NCBI RefSeq assembly: GCF_009914755.1
Contig: NC_060928.1
Length of the DNA stretch: 64,000 nucleotides
Source of the DNA: the human T2T-CHM13v2.0 reference genome, Homo sapiens
Strand: one strand, 5' to 3'
Shown here piece after piece: positions 17,706-34,292 of the stretch. Within the stretch, counting starts at the first letter, position 1. Each line of letters opens with the position of its first letter. The notes beneath the pieces are model-generated. The model worked only from the letters and a program-made list of their open reading frames with translations. It did no database searches and was not told the DNA's origin. A program made the position numbers and the translations under genes.

Positions 17706-20354
17706 CAATGCTACATGTTTATAGCTTGCCTCATAGAGTTTACTGTATTCTCCTGGTATAATTTTCTTACATGCTCAACTGGAGAGGAAGCTCTTAAATA
17801 GAAAAAAATCACAGTAAATTTCCTTTAAAAGATCTATTTTACAACTCTGGCATGATGGAGCACAATGGAGTCCTTAGTAATGGACTCCATCTCTTCCATC
17901 AGATAAAATCTTGATAACTGAAGTTAAAATTTGAATAATGAAACCAAAGGAAAAAAATTAAATGAATTTTAAGACAATTGAGATAAGAACAACTGTGGCG
18001 TCAGCATAATTCAATTTAATAATGTATTAAATATTTTGCAGAAAAGTGAAAAGAAATTGATAGCCAAATCAATGCAGCATTAAGCCACCATTTGGTCTAA
18101 TTTCTTGCTGAATTGACAAAACAAAACACCAGTTTAGTTATATAAACATGGCTGATGTTTATACAAACAACAGAATTTGCCGGTAGCATTATCACTGGAA
18201 AATAAGATGTGTGCTTAATTCTTGTATGTTCTGAGCCCATCTAGGAAGAACATAAAAGACGAAGAACAAAGCAATCACAGGATGTTATCATGAAAATATC
18301 ACCTTTGGCTGGAGTAAAGTTTTGGCTAAATGTGGCACTAGTATTTATTACAGCTCACCTTTTTATAATGAAAGGCTATGGACTGAACATTCTTATTATT
18401 TCCCATTTTCTTACCACTCTATCCCAACACACATGCACATGCATGCACACGCGCACACACACTGGCACCCACACCCATGCATGTGGGACACACAGAGCAG
18501 CCCAGGCAATTTCAATTGTTGGGAGCTTTGCTTTTATTAGGTATTAGTCTACGGACTTGCTTTCTCTTTAGAGAGACTAAGTGAAACCAAACTCATTTCC
18601 ACCCAGTTAGCCTGCTGGAACCTGTAACAGTTACTGTAATGTTAAAAGCAGTAAAACAAAATAAAAACCAGTCAGTTCACTTACTCCTGAAGTCCGCAGT
18701 TTGGTGTTCAGCTTTAAAACATATGCTCTGGGTGTCCTGTGGTGGCTACCAGAGGCTTTGGTGAGTCATTGTCAACCCAGTGGCTAGAGAAGGGCTGGAA
18801 TGCCCCTCTTAAATACAGAGCCACGTTTGTCCTTCAGAATGGCTGCTCGAACGAATTTATTGCTCAACTCGAAAGGCCGTTTTTTATAACCCACTGCAGT
18901 TGTGCTTCATGGGTTTCTCCACCTATCCTGTAAAGTGTATTGGGAAATTAATTTTGTAGATTTCCTCACACTGCAGTGACTAGGGAAATCACCCATTCGT
19001 TATTATCTAATGAGGAAAAAGTGGAAACATCTAGAAGCACTGCTCCCATCCTCCTCCCCAGCCCACACAGACACCTACCTCAGGCCCTCCCTGTCCCAGG
19101 TGAGCAGAGGGCCCCACCTTCGGAGGTTGCCTCCCTTCCACCTTCACCAATCCTATGACCAGATTATCCCCAAGGAAATGTCAATTTCCAGGCAGCAAGG
19201 GAATCATATAAAGATAAGATCATTGAGAGATTTTTTTCCTCCGTGATTGGCAGTTTATATTTTCTTGGGTCTACAAATCTGACAGCATTTATTAAATTTT
19301 CTAGTTTGATACTGACCTCTGTCTGATGCTGGGCTGTCACCATGCCCAAGACTGAGGGGACCCACAGTCTAGCTAGAAGGCATGGATCAATTCCAACTGT
19401 CCTACCCCTAGCCTGTGGGCAGGAGAAAGCTCTCAGGCTCTGGCACAGGAGTCCCAGGGGCAGGATGCATGATCTTCCACTGTGCCTCCCAGCCATGCTG
19501 AGCAGCAAAGCAGACCATGAGCCGGTCTCCCTTAAATTCATTTGCTTGATTTGTCCTTGAGTGTCCTTGGATGGGTTTGTTCCCTCCTTGTCCAGTATGT
19601 CTTGGTCATCCTGATTCCTGGGCTTGGCTCCCAGGTTGATTCTTTCCCTGACACAAAACAGGCACTATGGGCAAAGACACCTGCAGCCTTGGAGAGACCA
19701 GAGATGCTGGATGTTTCCTGTTAGCACTCAGGAAAGCTCAGAGCCTTTGATGAGCATCTTTTGATCCATTAGTTAAAACCACGCTGGGTTCTTTATAGTG
19801 GTTAGTTAGCTCTGGGCTATGGGATTGTGGAAGACATTCATTTCTTCTTTGGATTCACCTGGATTTTCTGCAACGGACATGTATCGATAAAATACATGGT
19901 GCTTTTCAGAAATTGCCCCATCATCATGTTGCTGTTGTTGTTATTGATATTGTTGTTTCTGATGGATAGAGATCTAGGCCTGACACTCCAAGCAGTGTGA
20001 ACAGCATTTACCTTGATAAGCATTCTTACATCTTAACCCTCGGGAATTTTAAATAGAAGTGTTCTGTGTGATTAAATTAACAGGTTTAGAGATGGGTGTC
20101 CTGGTTATTTCCTTTGTTCTCCTCCTGGTAGCTGCCTGCACTCACAGCATGTTGGGAATGGTGATTATAAATGTAACCATGCTCTCTTCTTGTAACTGGA
20201 GAGCCCAGGTACCTCTTATCCAGCATGTGACCCTCTTTCTACCTCAGGATAGTCATACTCTTAGGCTTCCTGGATTTATTCAGGGCCAAAGGAGTGGTCA
20301 AGGTCCTTTTTGTTTTGCCCTATTCCCTTTGGAAAACATTTAGTTTATGCCCAT

Positions 20355-21140
20355 GTTACAGATTGCAAAATACAGGCACATATTCTCTCTAATGTGGTCT
20401 GCATGTCCCTTTGCAAGGACATGCAATGTGACTTCACTACTCCTTTCATCAAGAAAAGGAGCCTCTTGGCCGGGCACGGTGGCTCACGCCTGTAATCCCA
20501 GCACTTTGAGAGGCCAAGGCCGGCGGATCACGAGGTCAGGAGTTGGAGACTATCCTGGCTAACACAGTGAAACACAGTCTCTACTAAAAAATACAAAAAA
20601 AAAAAAAATTAGCAGGGCGTGGTGGCAGGTGCCTGTAGTCTCAGCTACTTGGGAGCCTGAGGCAGGAGAATGGCGTGAACCCAGGAGGCAGAGCTTGCAG
20701 TGAGCCTAGATCGCGCCACTGCACTCCAGCCTGGGCAACAGAGCGAGATTCTGACTCAAACAAAAAAAAAAAAAGAAAAGAAAAGGAGCCTCTTTACCCT
20801 AATCTGGGCAAGCCTTGCAACCTGATTTGCCAAAAAAAATATGAAAGAAGCAATGTGATGTGATTTTCCAGGCTAGAATGTAAGAAGCCTTGGAGCTTCT
20901 GCTTTTACTGTCTTCAGATGCTGCCTGAAACCACTGTAAGAAGCTCTAACCTACTGGAGGATAAGGGGTGAGCCCAAGAGCATCAAGGCTCCCATCAACA
21001 GCCAGTCCTGTGAGTGAGGCCATCTTGGACCTGCCAGCTCAGTAAACCCTTTTGCTGAACACAGCCCAAGGAAGGAACCCTTGCAAAATGAAATCATGTG
21101 GTCAGTTTGCGGGGTGGTTATTACACAGCAGTAGATGATT
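20355..21140 (+). mobile_element. MLT1 (G/H-like) LTR interrupted by Alu
   Basis: 'tgtgagtgaggccatcttggac', 3' 'tttgcggggtggttattacacagcagtagat'. Confidence 0.65.
20468..20776 (+). mobile_element. AluY/Sc8-like
   Basis: 'cctggctaacac', 'gaatggcgtgaaccc', 'gagcttgcag'; TSD aagaaaaggagcctctt. Confidence 0.93.
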
Positions 21141-21555
21141 GAAAAGGCCCAGTGTCTTCCTGGGGACTGAAACACCCACCTCCTGTTCATGTTGATACAC
21201 GGTGAGCAGAATATGGATGTGGGAGTGGTGTTGGTTGCAGGTGAGGTAGAGAAGCAGTAAACAGAACACGAAGACCTGATGTTCCAGGGTCGGGAGTTTA
21301 GACTTGATCCTAACAGCGGCCATAGGCAGATTTAGGCAAGAGAGTAACGTGGTCAGATTTTCATTTTAGAAAGTTACTTTGACATCCATGTGGAGAATGA
21401 ACTTGAAGGTCACAAGGCTGATGGAGCCAGGAAGACCATTTGGGAAGTGATTGTAGTAATCTACTTAAGAGTTCATTACGAGCTGGGGAATGGGGAGGTG
21501 TTAGAGAAGAGAAAATGGATTTGAAGAGCTGAGGGATGTTAAAAAGGCAAAACTG

Positions 21556-21863
<308 letters not shown>

Positions 21864-22799
21864 AAAATTGTTGGGACTTGTAATTAATTGGGTGAGGAAA
21901 CTGAGTGGCAAATGGTCTCAGCTCTACACATAGAGAGCCCTGGGGACATAGGGAGAGCACATTTGGAAGGAAAGATGATGATTTTAGTTCTTAAAATTTT
22001 GTTTGTGGAGGAGGCATTCAGACAGAGAATTCTGTTGGGAAGTTTTATGTAGAGAACTACATCTAAAGAGGTCAGAAGTGAACTTCAATAAAATTGAGGT
22101 GACCAATGATCATCAGTTTTAAAGAGGACATATTTTCTTTTTCTGTTAAAGGGAACACACTTATGAGTCAGAAAGCCAGACTTTTATTTTTTCTCGCCAA
22201 AGGTTATTGTACAACCTACAGAAGAGAGTGTAAACACTGGTCTTTAAGATGAATTGTAAAGCTCTAAAGAGAATAAGAAAAATTGTGTTTCATGATTTAT
22301 GATGGATAACATTTTAGAGTTGATTTCATAAGAGAATTCATTAAGCCAATAGACAACCATGGCATTTTAACTGTAGTGTTTAAGTATCTTTAGCTCTGAT
22401 TTTTTAATTAGCAGAAGCAAATAAAGAGAGCTTCGTTTTAACCATGAGAAATCTCTCTTCTGTACTTCATGTGACTAAATTTGTCCAGATGCTGCTGTTC
22501 AAATAATCACAGCGATTGCCAACATAATGGTTAATTTCCTGAGAAGTAAGTTCATGCTTTGCCTCAGTTTGCTCCCCTGTAAGATCAGACAGCAAAATAA
22601 GAATAAAACCGACTAATAGGTATTGATTGCCTCTGGAACAGCTATCAATATAAAGAGCCAGACAAAACACATAATAAAGAATTGTGTTAGTGCCAGAGAG
22701 ACTTTAGAGATCATTTGCCCATCTCTTTACCTTCTCCCACTTCTTTCTGTCCCTCCACCCCCCCAGCTCTGATACAGACACACGGGATATTAGTAAAGG

Positions 22800-23030
22800 A
22801 TAGTATTTGTTGAGAGCCTTTTGCGTGTCAGGCACTGCTTCTAAACGTTGTATAATACCAGCTCATTCAATCTTCAAATCAATGCTATGCAGTAGGTACT
22901 CTTCTTCTTTTTTCTTTTTTAATTTTACAGCTGAGGGACTTAGGTATGGAGAGGTTAGGTAACTTGTTCAAGGACACCAAGCCAGTCAGGGTGCCACTGG
23001 ACCTAAGACAAGGTAACCTGGCTCTGAGAC
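22800..23030 (-). mobile_element. MIR
   Basis: 'ttttacagctgagggactt...agaggttaggtaacttgttcaagg' MIR core. Confidence 0.6.
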
Positions 23031-23589
23031 CAACCCCACAGAGAAGTATGTGGATGCTGACAACACTGTAGGAAGTTACAAGGAGCAAAAGAATAGCAGC
23101 CTCAGCCCTGAATTCCACTGTAAGCTTCCCTCTAATCTTCCCTGCCTCACTCTCAATCAAATAAAGAGCTGATCAGGAAGCAACTATGCACGGTCTTCCC
23201 CTCCACACCTCCAGCCCCAGCTCCCTTCCCCAGACTCAGTGCCTGCCAGCCTGTGCCAGCCCCCAAGATGGCAGTGTGGAGCCATGCACCAGGTCTGCCG
23301 CGCACCCAGCAGTCGGCTGTGGGTTCTTTGTATCTGTCAGAGTCCTGGCAGGAAATGGTTTCATTCTCAAAGGGTTAACTAGGAAGAATTTAGTGAAGGG
23401 TCTGTTTACAAGGTTTAGGAACTAACTGAAAATGGTGAAGCACCCAGGGACTGGCACTGGAGCTTCCCCACGGGAGCTGAGGCCAGAGAAGTATACATCC
23501 ATTGTTGTTTTAAAGAGTGGTTAACTATCTATTTGCTCTTATTTTCAACATTTCTGCTGGGGCCTTGCATTGAGCAAACTCAACTGTAA

Positions 23590-23958
<369 letters not shown>

Positions 23959-25115
23959 CTTCCTAGGGAATCTTGTAGGAAGGACAAAGGTAGAGAATCT
24001 GTCTGATGGCAGAAGCAAATGAATGCCCATCACATGCACTTTCTTCCAACAGAGCAACTCGGATACTATGAAACAATGCTAAGTCAGTCTCAGTGTCTGT
24101 TGCAGTAATATTGTACATACTGTAGGTCTTAATCATAGGAAATTACATGCCCATTGCCCTGTGCGCAGACCGGAGCGCACTTATGGGGGGCCCGTAGTCC
24201 TCCTTTCAGACATCTTTTGTTTCTCTGCCCAAACAAGTGGCCTTCCCATAGAAGACTGCCCAGAGAACCCTATGGCAACCCTACCCTCTTATTCCACTTT
24301 ATTTTTCTTCAAAGTGTTTATTACTCCCTGTTGTTATGTTAGACTCTATATTTCTGTATTTGCTGTCCTCCAACTTGAAAAGAACCTCTGAGAGGGGAGG
24401 GACTTTCCTGGTCACATTCACTTGTCCCAGCACCTATGATGGTGCCTGACATATCTCAGGGGCTCCTTAAATATGTATTGCTTGACAATGGGTATCATGG
24501 CTCAGCCTCCTCTGGGGTTAGGAGGCTGGAGGAAAGAAACTTTAGCATGAGTGCAGTGAGAGTAAAAGAATTCAGCAGCTCTAATCAGGGAATGAATCTG
24601 GTGTGTAATAGGATCTCAAGGCTTGACTCCTAGTCTAAGACCATTTCTGGAGTTTGCTGACTTGATCCCCATGCTTCATCATTAGCACTTTGCAGGGAAG
24701 GAGCTGAGCATGGATCTTGACTCTGAATTGGCTGGGGCATGCAAAATCGGGGGAATGCTTGGTGTTGCCCAGGCTCAGCTCTGCCTAGACACATGTGAGG
24801 GCCAAGATCTGGTTTGTGTTTCATGAGCTCTCCCAGGATGAAGACCCAGCCAGGCTGTCTGAAGAAGGGGTGTTCTTGAGTAGGAGGGAAGGTCTGCTCC
24901 AATATGAAAAATCTAACAATAGCATAGTCCTTAAGAGCTTGAGCTTTGAAGAGGGAGAACAGACCCATTTAAGGCACGAAAAATAAAGGAATCTCTTGAG
25001 TACCTCCAAGGAAAATTCCAGCCACCTGGCTAGCCTCAAGAAGTAGATGAGCACCCTGATAAGTAAGAAGGTAATAATAGCTTAAAACAACAGTCAAGAA
25101 AATTAGAGCCACAAA

Positions 25116-25232
25116 CTAATCTTAAATGACGAGTTAATGGGTGCAGCACACCAACATGGTACATGTATACATACGTAACAGAACTGCACGTTGTGCACAT
25201 GTACCCTAAAACTTAAAGTATAATTTAAAAAA
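25116..25232 (+). mobile_element. Extremely 5'-truncated L1PA (3' end only)
   Basis: 'taaatgacgagttaatgggtgcagcacacc...cttaaagtataat'; perfect 20-bp TSD aagaaaattagagccacaaa (25096-25115, 25233-25252). Confidence 0.93.
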
Positions 25233-25484
25233 AAGAAAATTAGAGCCACAAAATGTTTGTTTCCCTATAGAAACTAGAGATAACATCTTAACATATGTCC
25301 CTGAGTTGTTTTGTAGAAACCCAGACCCCGCTAAATGGAAAATACCACCTGTTGGCTCGTAGATCTCAGATAAGGAGGAACTGAGGACTGAACTCTCACA
25401 ACTGTTCTTTGTTCTCAATTTCTTCCTGAGGGACCTGGAGGAAGTCACACCCACAGGCCAGAGCAGAACATTCCTTTCTGCTGA

Positions 25485-25836
<352 letters not shown>

Positions 25837-26149
25837 CAAATCAGAAAATCTTTGAATTCATCTAATGGTCACCTATCCTGTGGGCCCTCACTTCGAGATA
25901 TTTTGCCTTTTTTGGCCAAACCAATATGTAGCCTCCATGTATTGTATGACCTTGCCTGCAACCTCTGCCTTCCCACCTTTAAAAACCCTTACACATAAAC
26001 CATCAGGGAGATTAGGCCTTAAGGATTAGCTGCCTGATACTCCTTGCTTGCTGCCTGCAATAAATTCCTCAACTTCTGTCTCAGCAATGCCGATATCAGT
26101 GCTTGACTTTGATAGGCTGGGTGGGTGGACCCAAATTTGGTTTGGTGAC

Positions 26150-26310
26150 CCTTTGAGCTTAGATTCAAAATTCTAGTTTTGTCACTCTGCAGTTTTGTGA
26201 TCTTGAGCAAGTTACTTAACCTCTCTGAGCCTTGTTTGTCATGTGTAATGAAAAGAGCTATACTTACCTTGTGAGGTAGTCCTCAGGATTCAATGAGATA
26301 ATAAGTACTC
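26150..26310 (+). mobile_element. MIR
   Basis: 'gtgatcttgagcaagttacttaacctctctgagcct'. Confidence 0.7.
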
Positions 26311-28816
26311 ACTAAACAAAACTCGTTATTACAAAAGAATCACTTTGTCTCTGAAGTGGGCAATTCAACCCATTTCTAGGAGATTTTAAACATGATTTTA
26401 GATATTTGGTGTGATTTTGTGAATGGGTTTATCGTTAATAGCTTTCATGCTCCAGAATTTTCTTGAATAATAGGTTTTTGCAAAGTGCATTCCATGGAAT
26501 ACTCATTTGGGTGACGTTAATAGACATCACTCAAAAGCTGGGTGAATATTACAATGTTTACTTCATCTGTAACAAGCTGAGTAGCTACAGTACATATCTA
26601 AGAGGGGGCTCTAATTCTCAATATTTTCCAAATTTATGAGATCACAGACTTTTCTTTTAGTGAAGTGCTTAATGAAACTTAAGTTCTGTGAAAAGTACTT
26701 TGAGAAATATTGCTTTAAAAAGAAAAAGATTGAGCCCTGTATCAGGGGAAATATCTAATATTATATTAAACAAAAAAGTCCCACTGAAGAAAATCATCTT
26801 ATTGTTCATAGACCTTAGTTTAGGTATTGGGGCCAAAGGATGGATGACCATTTCAAATGATCCAGGCTAAGTCAGGAGGAGAGCTCAAAGTCTGATCTGG
26901 TGAGTAAGTTGTGAAGGGAATATGATGAAAAAGTGCACTTCTATTGCAAAGAAATCATGAGCTAGGTTTATACGCTATGCTGTGAATGGCCAATAGATTA
27001 TAAATTCAACAGTCTCCCTGTCACAGCTATGGTAATGACGACTGTTTAGGCCTTAGGGGAGCTTTAGGGAGAGGCAATTTCATACTTAAGTCACACTGAC
27101 TTAAAAAGTGAAATATTTGAAATCATTGTTGAAATCACTTGGAGGTCGTCAGCAAGCGGGTGAGGTTGGAATGCCTATCATTTTCCTCAACCTCACGTCC
27201 TCTCATTTTCTTATTTGAAAATCTATTTGGCTCAGAAACTACACCTAGGGTTAGTCAAAAATCACCTCCTGATGTTCCTTTTAAAGGAAGCTTCCAAGTT
27301 ATTTGAATAGCTTCCAAGTTATTCATCGAGAAACAAAGCAAATTCAAAGATTATGTCCGTAGGCACAAACTGGATGTTAAGAAATCCTGGCTGCATAAAC
27401 AATTGTCTTATAGAAAAGAATTTCTGTTCCTCTTTTCCCTCCCCTTGTCAATCCTATTTGTCTCAGACCTGGGTTCAAACACTAGCTGTAGAGGCTATAA
27501 GCTACTGGAAGCACATTTGAGCCTGAAATAAACTGAACCTCTTTTGCCTTGGTTTTCTCACTTGTAAATGGGGATTTTTATGCCTACCTCAAAGGTACGT
27601 TGCAAGGATCGAGGGACAGAAAGTGCAGCAAGTGGCCAATGAATAGAAGTCTGGTTTTCTGAGCATCCTTGCAGCTGCAGGCTTCAGTCTACCAGAGAAT
27701 GTGAGGTGTTATTCTTCTAGGGCAGTGGTTAGAAAAGAAAATGAAAGTAGCAATACTCTTTTCCTAATGCAACCATAGATGGATGACCAGAATTTGTAAT
27801 CCATAAGGTAGAAGCTGCTGTGCCTGAGGAAATAGAAAGTGGGCAGAGGTGGAGGGGCAAGGTAGGGAGTGGAGTGGAAGGTAGGGAGAGTTTGATCCTA
27901 GCCTGCACTGCTCCTCAGAGGTACTTTAGCCCCTTTGGAACAGTATTAGAAAATCATGGCTCTATCAACTCATGTCTGAAAATCAATTGCTATTTCAGAG
28001 CAGGAGGTGACCAATCTTGGAAATAAGGAAGGGAGAGAGGCAGCCAAGCCAGCAGCTCCTAGGATTAGTCACTGCCTGGAGCCAGTTCTTGGAAGTTCCC
28101 CAGAAGCTGTCCAGTCTTATGTCATGTCTAGTCAGCAGAGTCCCAAAGAAGCTTGTCATTCTCTAGGCATTTGTGCTTACATTCTGATGGGCCTAATAGC
28201 AGGGAGATGACATGGAGCCCAGGCAGAACAGCTGAGATTTCTACTGGTCGTGACCTCCATCTTCTCCTTCATACCTTTCCTACCTTTCTTTTTCCATGCA
28301 TTCAACAGACATTTATTACCCAATAAGTGCCAGGTAGTAAGCCAGGACCTGGGGAGAGCAGATGAGTAAGACACCGTCTCTGTCTCTCAGGAACTCTCAG
28401 ATTCTTAGGGACACATGTACATCCTAATAAACACAGTAAATCTCATGAATGTGTAAGTTTAAATTATTGATATAGGCACACACAGACAGAGGGACTTCAT
28501 TCTTTGCAGGTTCTATAGTATTTCATGCCCACTCTCCTTTCTTCCTTTGCTGCTCACATCATCCTTCCTTCAAGGAATTTGGGGGAATGGTAGACTGAAA
28601 GTGGCCCTTTCTGCATAATTCTTCTTGAAAATAAACATTTGCTCTCTTCTTAGAGGCTGACTATACTGAGAGCTACCACTCCTTGGCTGCTTATTAGCCA
28701 TTGGGTTATTGCTAAGCCCTTTACATATGTTATATCATTTAATTGTATTGAATCTTCACCACAACACTTCAATGGAAATATTTTTCCAAATAAGGAAAGG
28801 TGAGAATCAAAGTAGT

Positions 28817-29532
<716 letters not shown>

Positions 29533-30359
29533 GTAGCAAAGAGATTTTCCCACACAGCTAAAAAAAAAAAAAAAAAATGGAGAATCTGGATGTGTGCTTA
29601 GGTTTGTCTGATTCCCGGTACACTCCCCTATGCCATTTCTGATCTGCAAAGAACCTGATCCCAAAGCCTAATCCCAATATGATCCTAGAGCCAAGAGATG
29701 AGGCGTGAAGTAGCCACCTACTTTGTGTGCTTTCAAATCAGATATGGCAAGATTCTTTGAAAAATCAGTCAACTGGATTAAGCAATGCCTAAGTATGAAA
29801 GGATCCTTAGAGGAACTAAACCATTTCTTCATTTTGCTCCATGTTCTTTCTGTGGCTCTACCAAGTTTGTAGGTTAAGAGCAAGGCATCAAAACTTACTG
29901 AGTTTTTCTTCGACACTGAATTGACTCGTTGTCTCAAGAACAGGGAGTCATTGCCCTAGTCTCATCTCTTAACATTTACTTTTCTTTCTTTTGACTAATG
30001 GAGATGGTGCTCCCTGCTCTCTCTAGGAGACCGCAGGACCTAGATGATAACCTGCATCCCTAATCCTAAAGGGAGCCTAAGAGCAGTAATGATGGCCCTC
30101 TATTTGCAATAGATTACACTTTTCCCATATAAAGCTCTTAGAACTGTCACTGTGAATGATGTGCTGATTGGAGATAATGGTGACAATGATAATTTTATAA
30201 TTGTACTTTGTACTTCTCATCTCCTCCTGGAATCACAAAAGAATTTGTACATATCCCTTACTCAAAATAGATCCATTAGTTAAACTATTATAAGATAAAA
30301 AGGCTACAGATAAAATGCTGCCCATTGAGGCCCAGAGGGGAGAGAGTCAAGTGGACTTA

Positions 30360-30788
<429 letters not shown>

Positions 30789-31295
30789 TTAGGAGGGTAA
30801 GGATTCCCACCTAGGTGGGCTCACTTGCTCTGCCATACCTGGGTAGGATCCCAGCCTGCTTCTGTGATTGTCAGGAGGCACCAAAAAGGCTACCCTAGGT
30901 TTTCTGTCATTCGGCCCAAACATTTCCTCTGCTGGGCAAATGTGGAAAAGAGGCATTAAGCTGGTGCTCCCACAACTGAAAGGAAAGCAATTCTCTTTCT
31001 GTTGTGGTTCCTTCCTCTTTGGACTCTTTTCTTCCATTCCAGCCTATCCCCTTCTTGGAAAAGCTGTTCTACCAATAGCAGGGAAGAAACAGCCCTGTGT
31101 ACCTGATACGCTACCCTGGGCACAGGCGATTGGACCAGGGATAGACACCTGAACTGATCTGGGCAGATGCCCTCTTCTGGCCATTGAGAATTGACAGCAT
31201 CAGACATCTAGAACATCATAGTATTTTAAAATTCTGCAGGGACATCCACCAGGCTGAGGGGGACCAATTTTGTTTTAAACATGTATCCTGAACTT

Positions 31296-31656
<361 letters not shown>

Positions 31657-32662
31657 CTAACAAACCACCAAAGCTTTTTTTAACTCTCTAAGGGAATGTA
31701 CTTTTGTTTGACTTACTATTTACTATTGATTAGGGCCCAGACTCTGCCAAGTTACATGTTAATTTTTGTCTGGTAGAGATACAAATGATTTTTGTCCTGT
31801 AAAAAGATTTTATTGCTCTACAGGACATTAATGAGTGAGGTTTCCAAATTAGCAAACTTATGTCAGCATGCTGTTTCTGATGGTCTATCCAAATCTTTCT
31901 CCTTCCAATTCTCTTTTCAAACAGCTTTACCATCTTCTGGTTCTTTCTTTTGTGAAGTGAACAGATCTTTATACACACTCCCTATAGACTTATATAAGAA
32001 TCATGTTTTCACTTTTTGAAAATGATGCTTTGACAATTCCACTGAACAGGCTGGGGAAAATTTTATGAGAATTGTTGGATCCTGCTCACAAGCAAAAAGA
32101 TAAAACCAGGCTATCCTCTATCATGGCTGATCTGGGGTTCATTCCCAGAAATGAGGGTCTTGGATCAGGGTCAAATATGTGGGTGGGGTGGGCTCAATTG
32201 CTGAGATACCCATCTCATGAGGAAGGATGGGACCCATATTATGGGAAACAAAACAGGAAGAATGAGAGTGAAAAGATTAATGCTTTCACTAAATTGGGAA
32301 AACAGGAGAAAGTGTTGTTGGATAAAGAAGGAACTTTAGCACAATGAGCAGAGACAAGACGGTAAATGTTCCTTATCCAGTAATCTCTGATGAAAGGCCA
32401 GTGCTCACATCATTAGTAATGTCCAGAACTAATAATATCAGTAGTAGCAATACTCACAATGTAAATAAGTAGCTCTCATGTTTTGATTGCCAATAGTGCT
32501 AGCAACCTTACATGTATCACTCTCTACCCCAGCCCTGTTAATTGGTACTATGATGAAGAAAGAGACTCAAAGAGAATAAATGACTCACTCGCGTATTTTT
32601 ACACAGCTAGAATTGCTACAGAAAGGATTAAAGCCAAGTCTATCCAACTCCACAGTCTATGT

Positions 32663-32778
32663 CCCTCCCTCCCTCCCTCCCTCCCTCCCTCCCTCCCTCC
32701 CTCCCTCCCTTCCTTCCTTCCTTGCTCCTTCCTTCCCTCCCTTTCTGCCTCCCTCCCTCTCTCCCTCCCTCCCTCCCT
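32663..32778. repeat. (CCCT)n/(CCTT)n polypyrimidine repeat next to an L2 3' end
   Basis: Direct observation; followed by L2 motif 'caaacatctattgagtgtctaccatgtgccaggcactg'. Confidence 0.9.
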
Positions 32779-33507
32779 ATCTCAAACATCTATTGAGTGT
32801 CTACCATGTGCCAGGCACTGTGTCAGGCTCTTGGGATACAGCAATAAGCCAAGTCCTTGCTTTCAGTGAGTTTACATTCCAGTGAGAGGAACACAGAAAC
32901 AAATGTATCTCTATGGCAGCAAGTGCTATGAAGAAAATCAGCTTCATTTTTATTGTTTCACGCCCATCATGCAGGTTTCCCACAGTCCATCATCCCCACT
33001 CCACCCCCCACCCAATGTAGTGCTTTCCTCTGTCCTGGAGAATCGGAAGGACCTCACAGCAACATCTGCAGTCCCTTTGTTTCAGTGACTTTGGCACAGA
33101 GAAGCGGACACAGTGGCAGACAAAGCTGCTGGAAGCTGTCAGGCTACTGGCAGCCAAAAGCTTAATCACACGTTCCAAAGGCAGTGTGTGTGTGATGTTG
33201 CATCTCTGGCCCTGGAAGGGAGACAGAGGTCACCTTCCTGGGAGTCAGAGTTGGCCCCTCAGCTCCCAGGGGTGCAGCTGAGCAGCTTCAGAGGACTGAC
33301 TGCAGAGACCAGGAAGGGGCCATTCACTCTGATGGGAATTGGGAATCACTGATGCTCGAGCAGGAGCTGAGTTAAAATTCATGCTAAGAAATCAGCATTC
33401 ACATGTGTACATATTTAAGTCAGGATCTCAGTGAAGAGGGCATGACAGCAGTGAAAACAGGTGCCAGACCTGAAGTAGGCTACCTTATGGTTGCTGCTTC
33501 ACCTGTT

Positions 33508-33512
<5 letters not shown>

Positions 33513-33544
<32 letters not shown>
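33513..33544. repeat. (CA)n microsatellite
   Basis: Direct observation. Confidence 0.92.
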
Positions 33545-33546
<2 letters not shown>

Positions 33547-34109
33547 TTCCAGAAGATAGTGGGACAGTAGCAATTTGAAGGCTCTGCCTGAAAAGCATTT
33601 GCTTAAAGTGTTGGGAATTTTTTGTTGGATTGTTGTTTCATTCATAGGGCTTCTAAATTTCACTTTTGCATTTTAACCATTTCAAGGAATTCCCCCTGAT
33701 TTTGAGTGTGAATGGGTATAAAAGACCAGGGGTTGTTAACCAAAAGCCTGGAACATTCAGGTGAACAGCTGTTCTGCAGGGAAGGAGGGAAACAGCAGGG
33801 TGAGATGGACGGTCAACCTTCAAAGGCCTTACACAGTCCCGGCCAGGATAATCTTTGCCTCTCCCTTCTACTAGGGAAAAGTCTGGATTGCTAAGACCAG
33901 GGTCTCTATAGTGGCATCTCCAACACTCAGGCCCAGCTTCATGGCTGGGTTCCTGTTTTTTCATTTGCTCATGCCCCTCAGTGGTATCATCTGACTCAGC
34001 TCCTTTCCCTCCTGTTGGGCCAGTACTTGCAGTGGGTCTCCTGATGAAGCTGAGGTCATGGGTTCATGAGCCCAATTATCACCATGCTGACCGCACCACT
34101 AACCTGGCT

Positions 34110-34292
34110 CCGTGTAGTTGCAAACTTGGCTGCACATTGGAATTCCCAGGGAGAGTTTTAAACATCCCAACGACCAGGCTGCAATGAAATCAGACCGATG
34201 AAATCAGAATCTCAGGGGTGGAATGGGACTGGTAATTTACAGAATCTCTCCAGCTGATTCCATATTCAGACAAGTTAGAGCACCAATGCCCT
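34110..34292. mobile_element. MER5A-like hAT MITE
   Basis: 'caaacttggctgcacattggaattcccaggga...aatcagaatctcaggggtgg...ccagctgattcc'. Confidence 0.65.

Noticed and set aside
32483-32885. Pro/Ser/Leu-rich ORFs (128 and 101 aa)
   Set aside because: Translation of the (CCCT)n repeat and an L2 fragment
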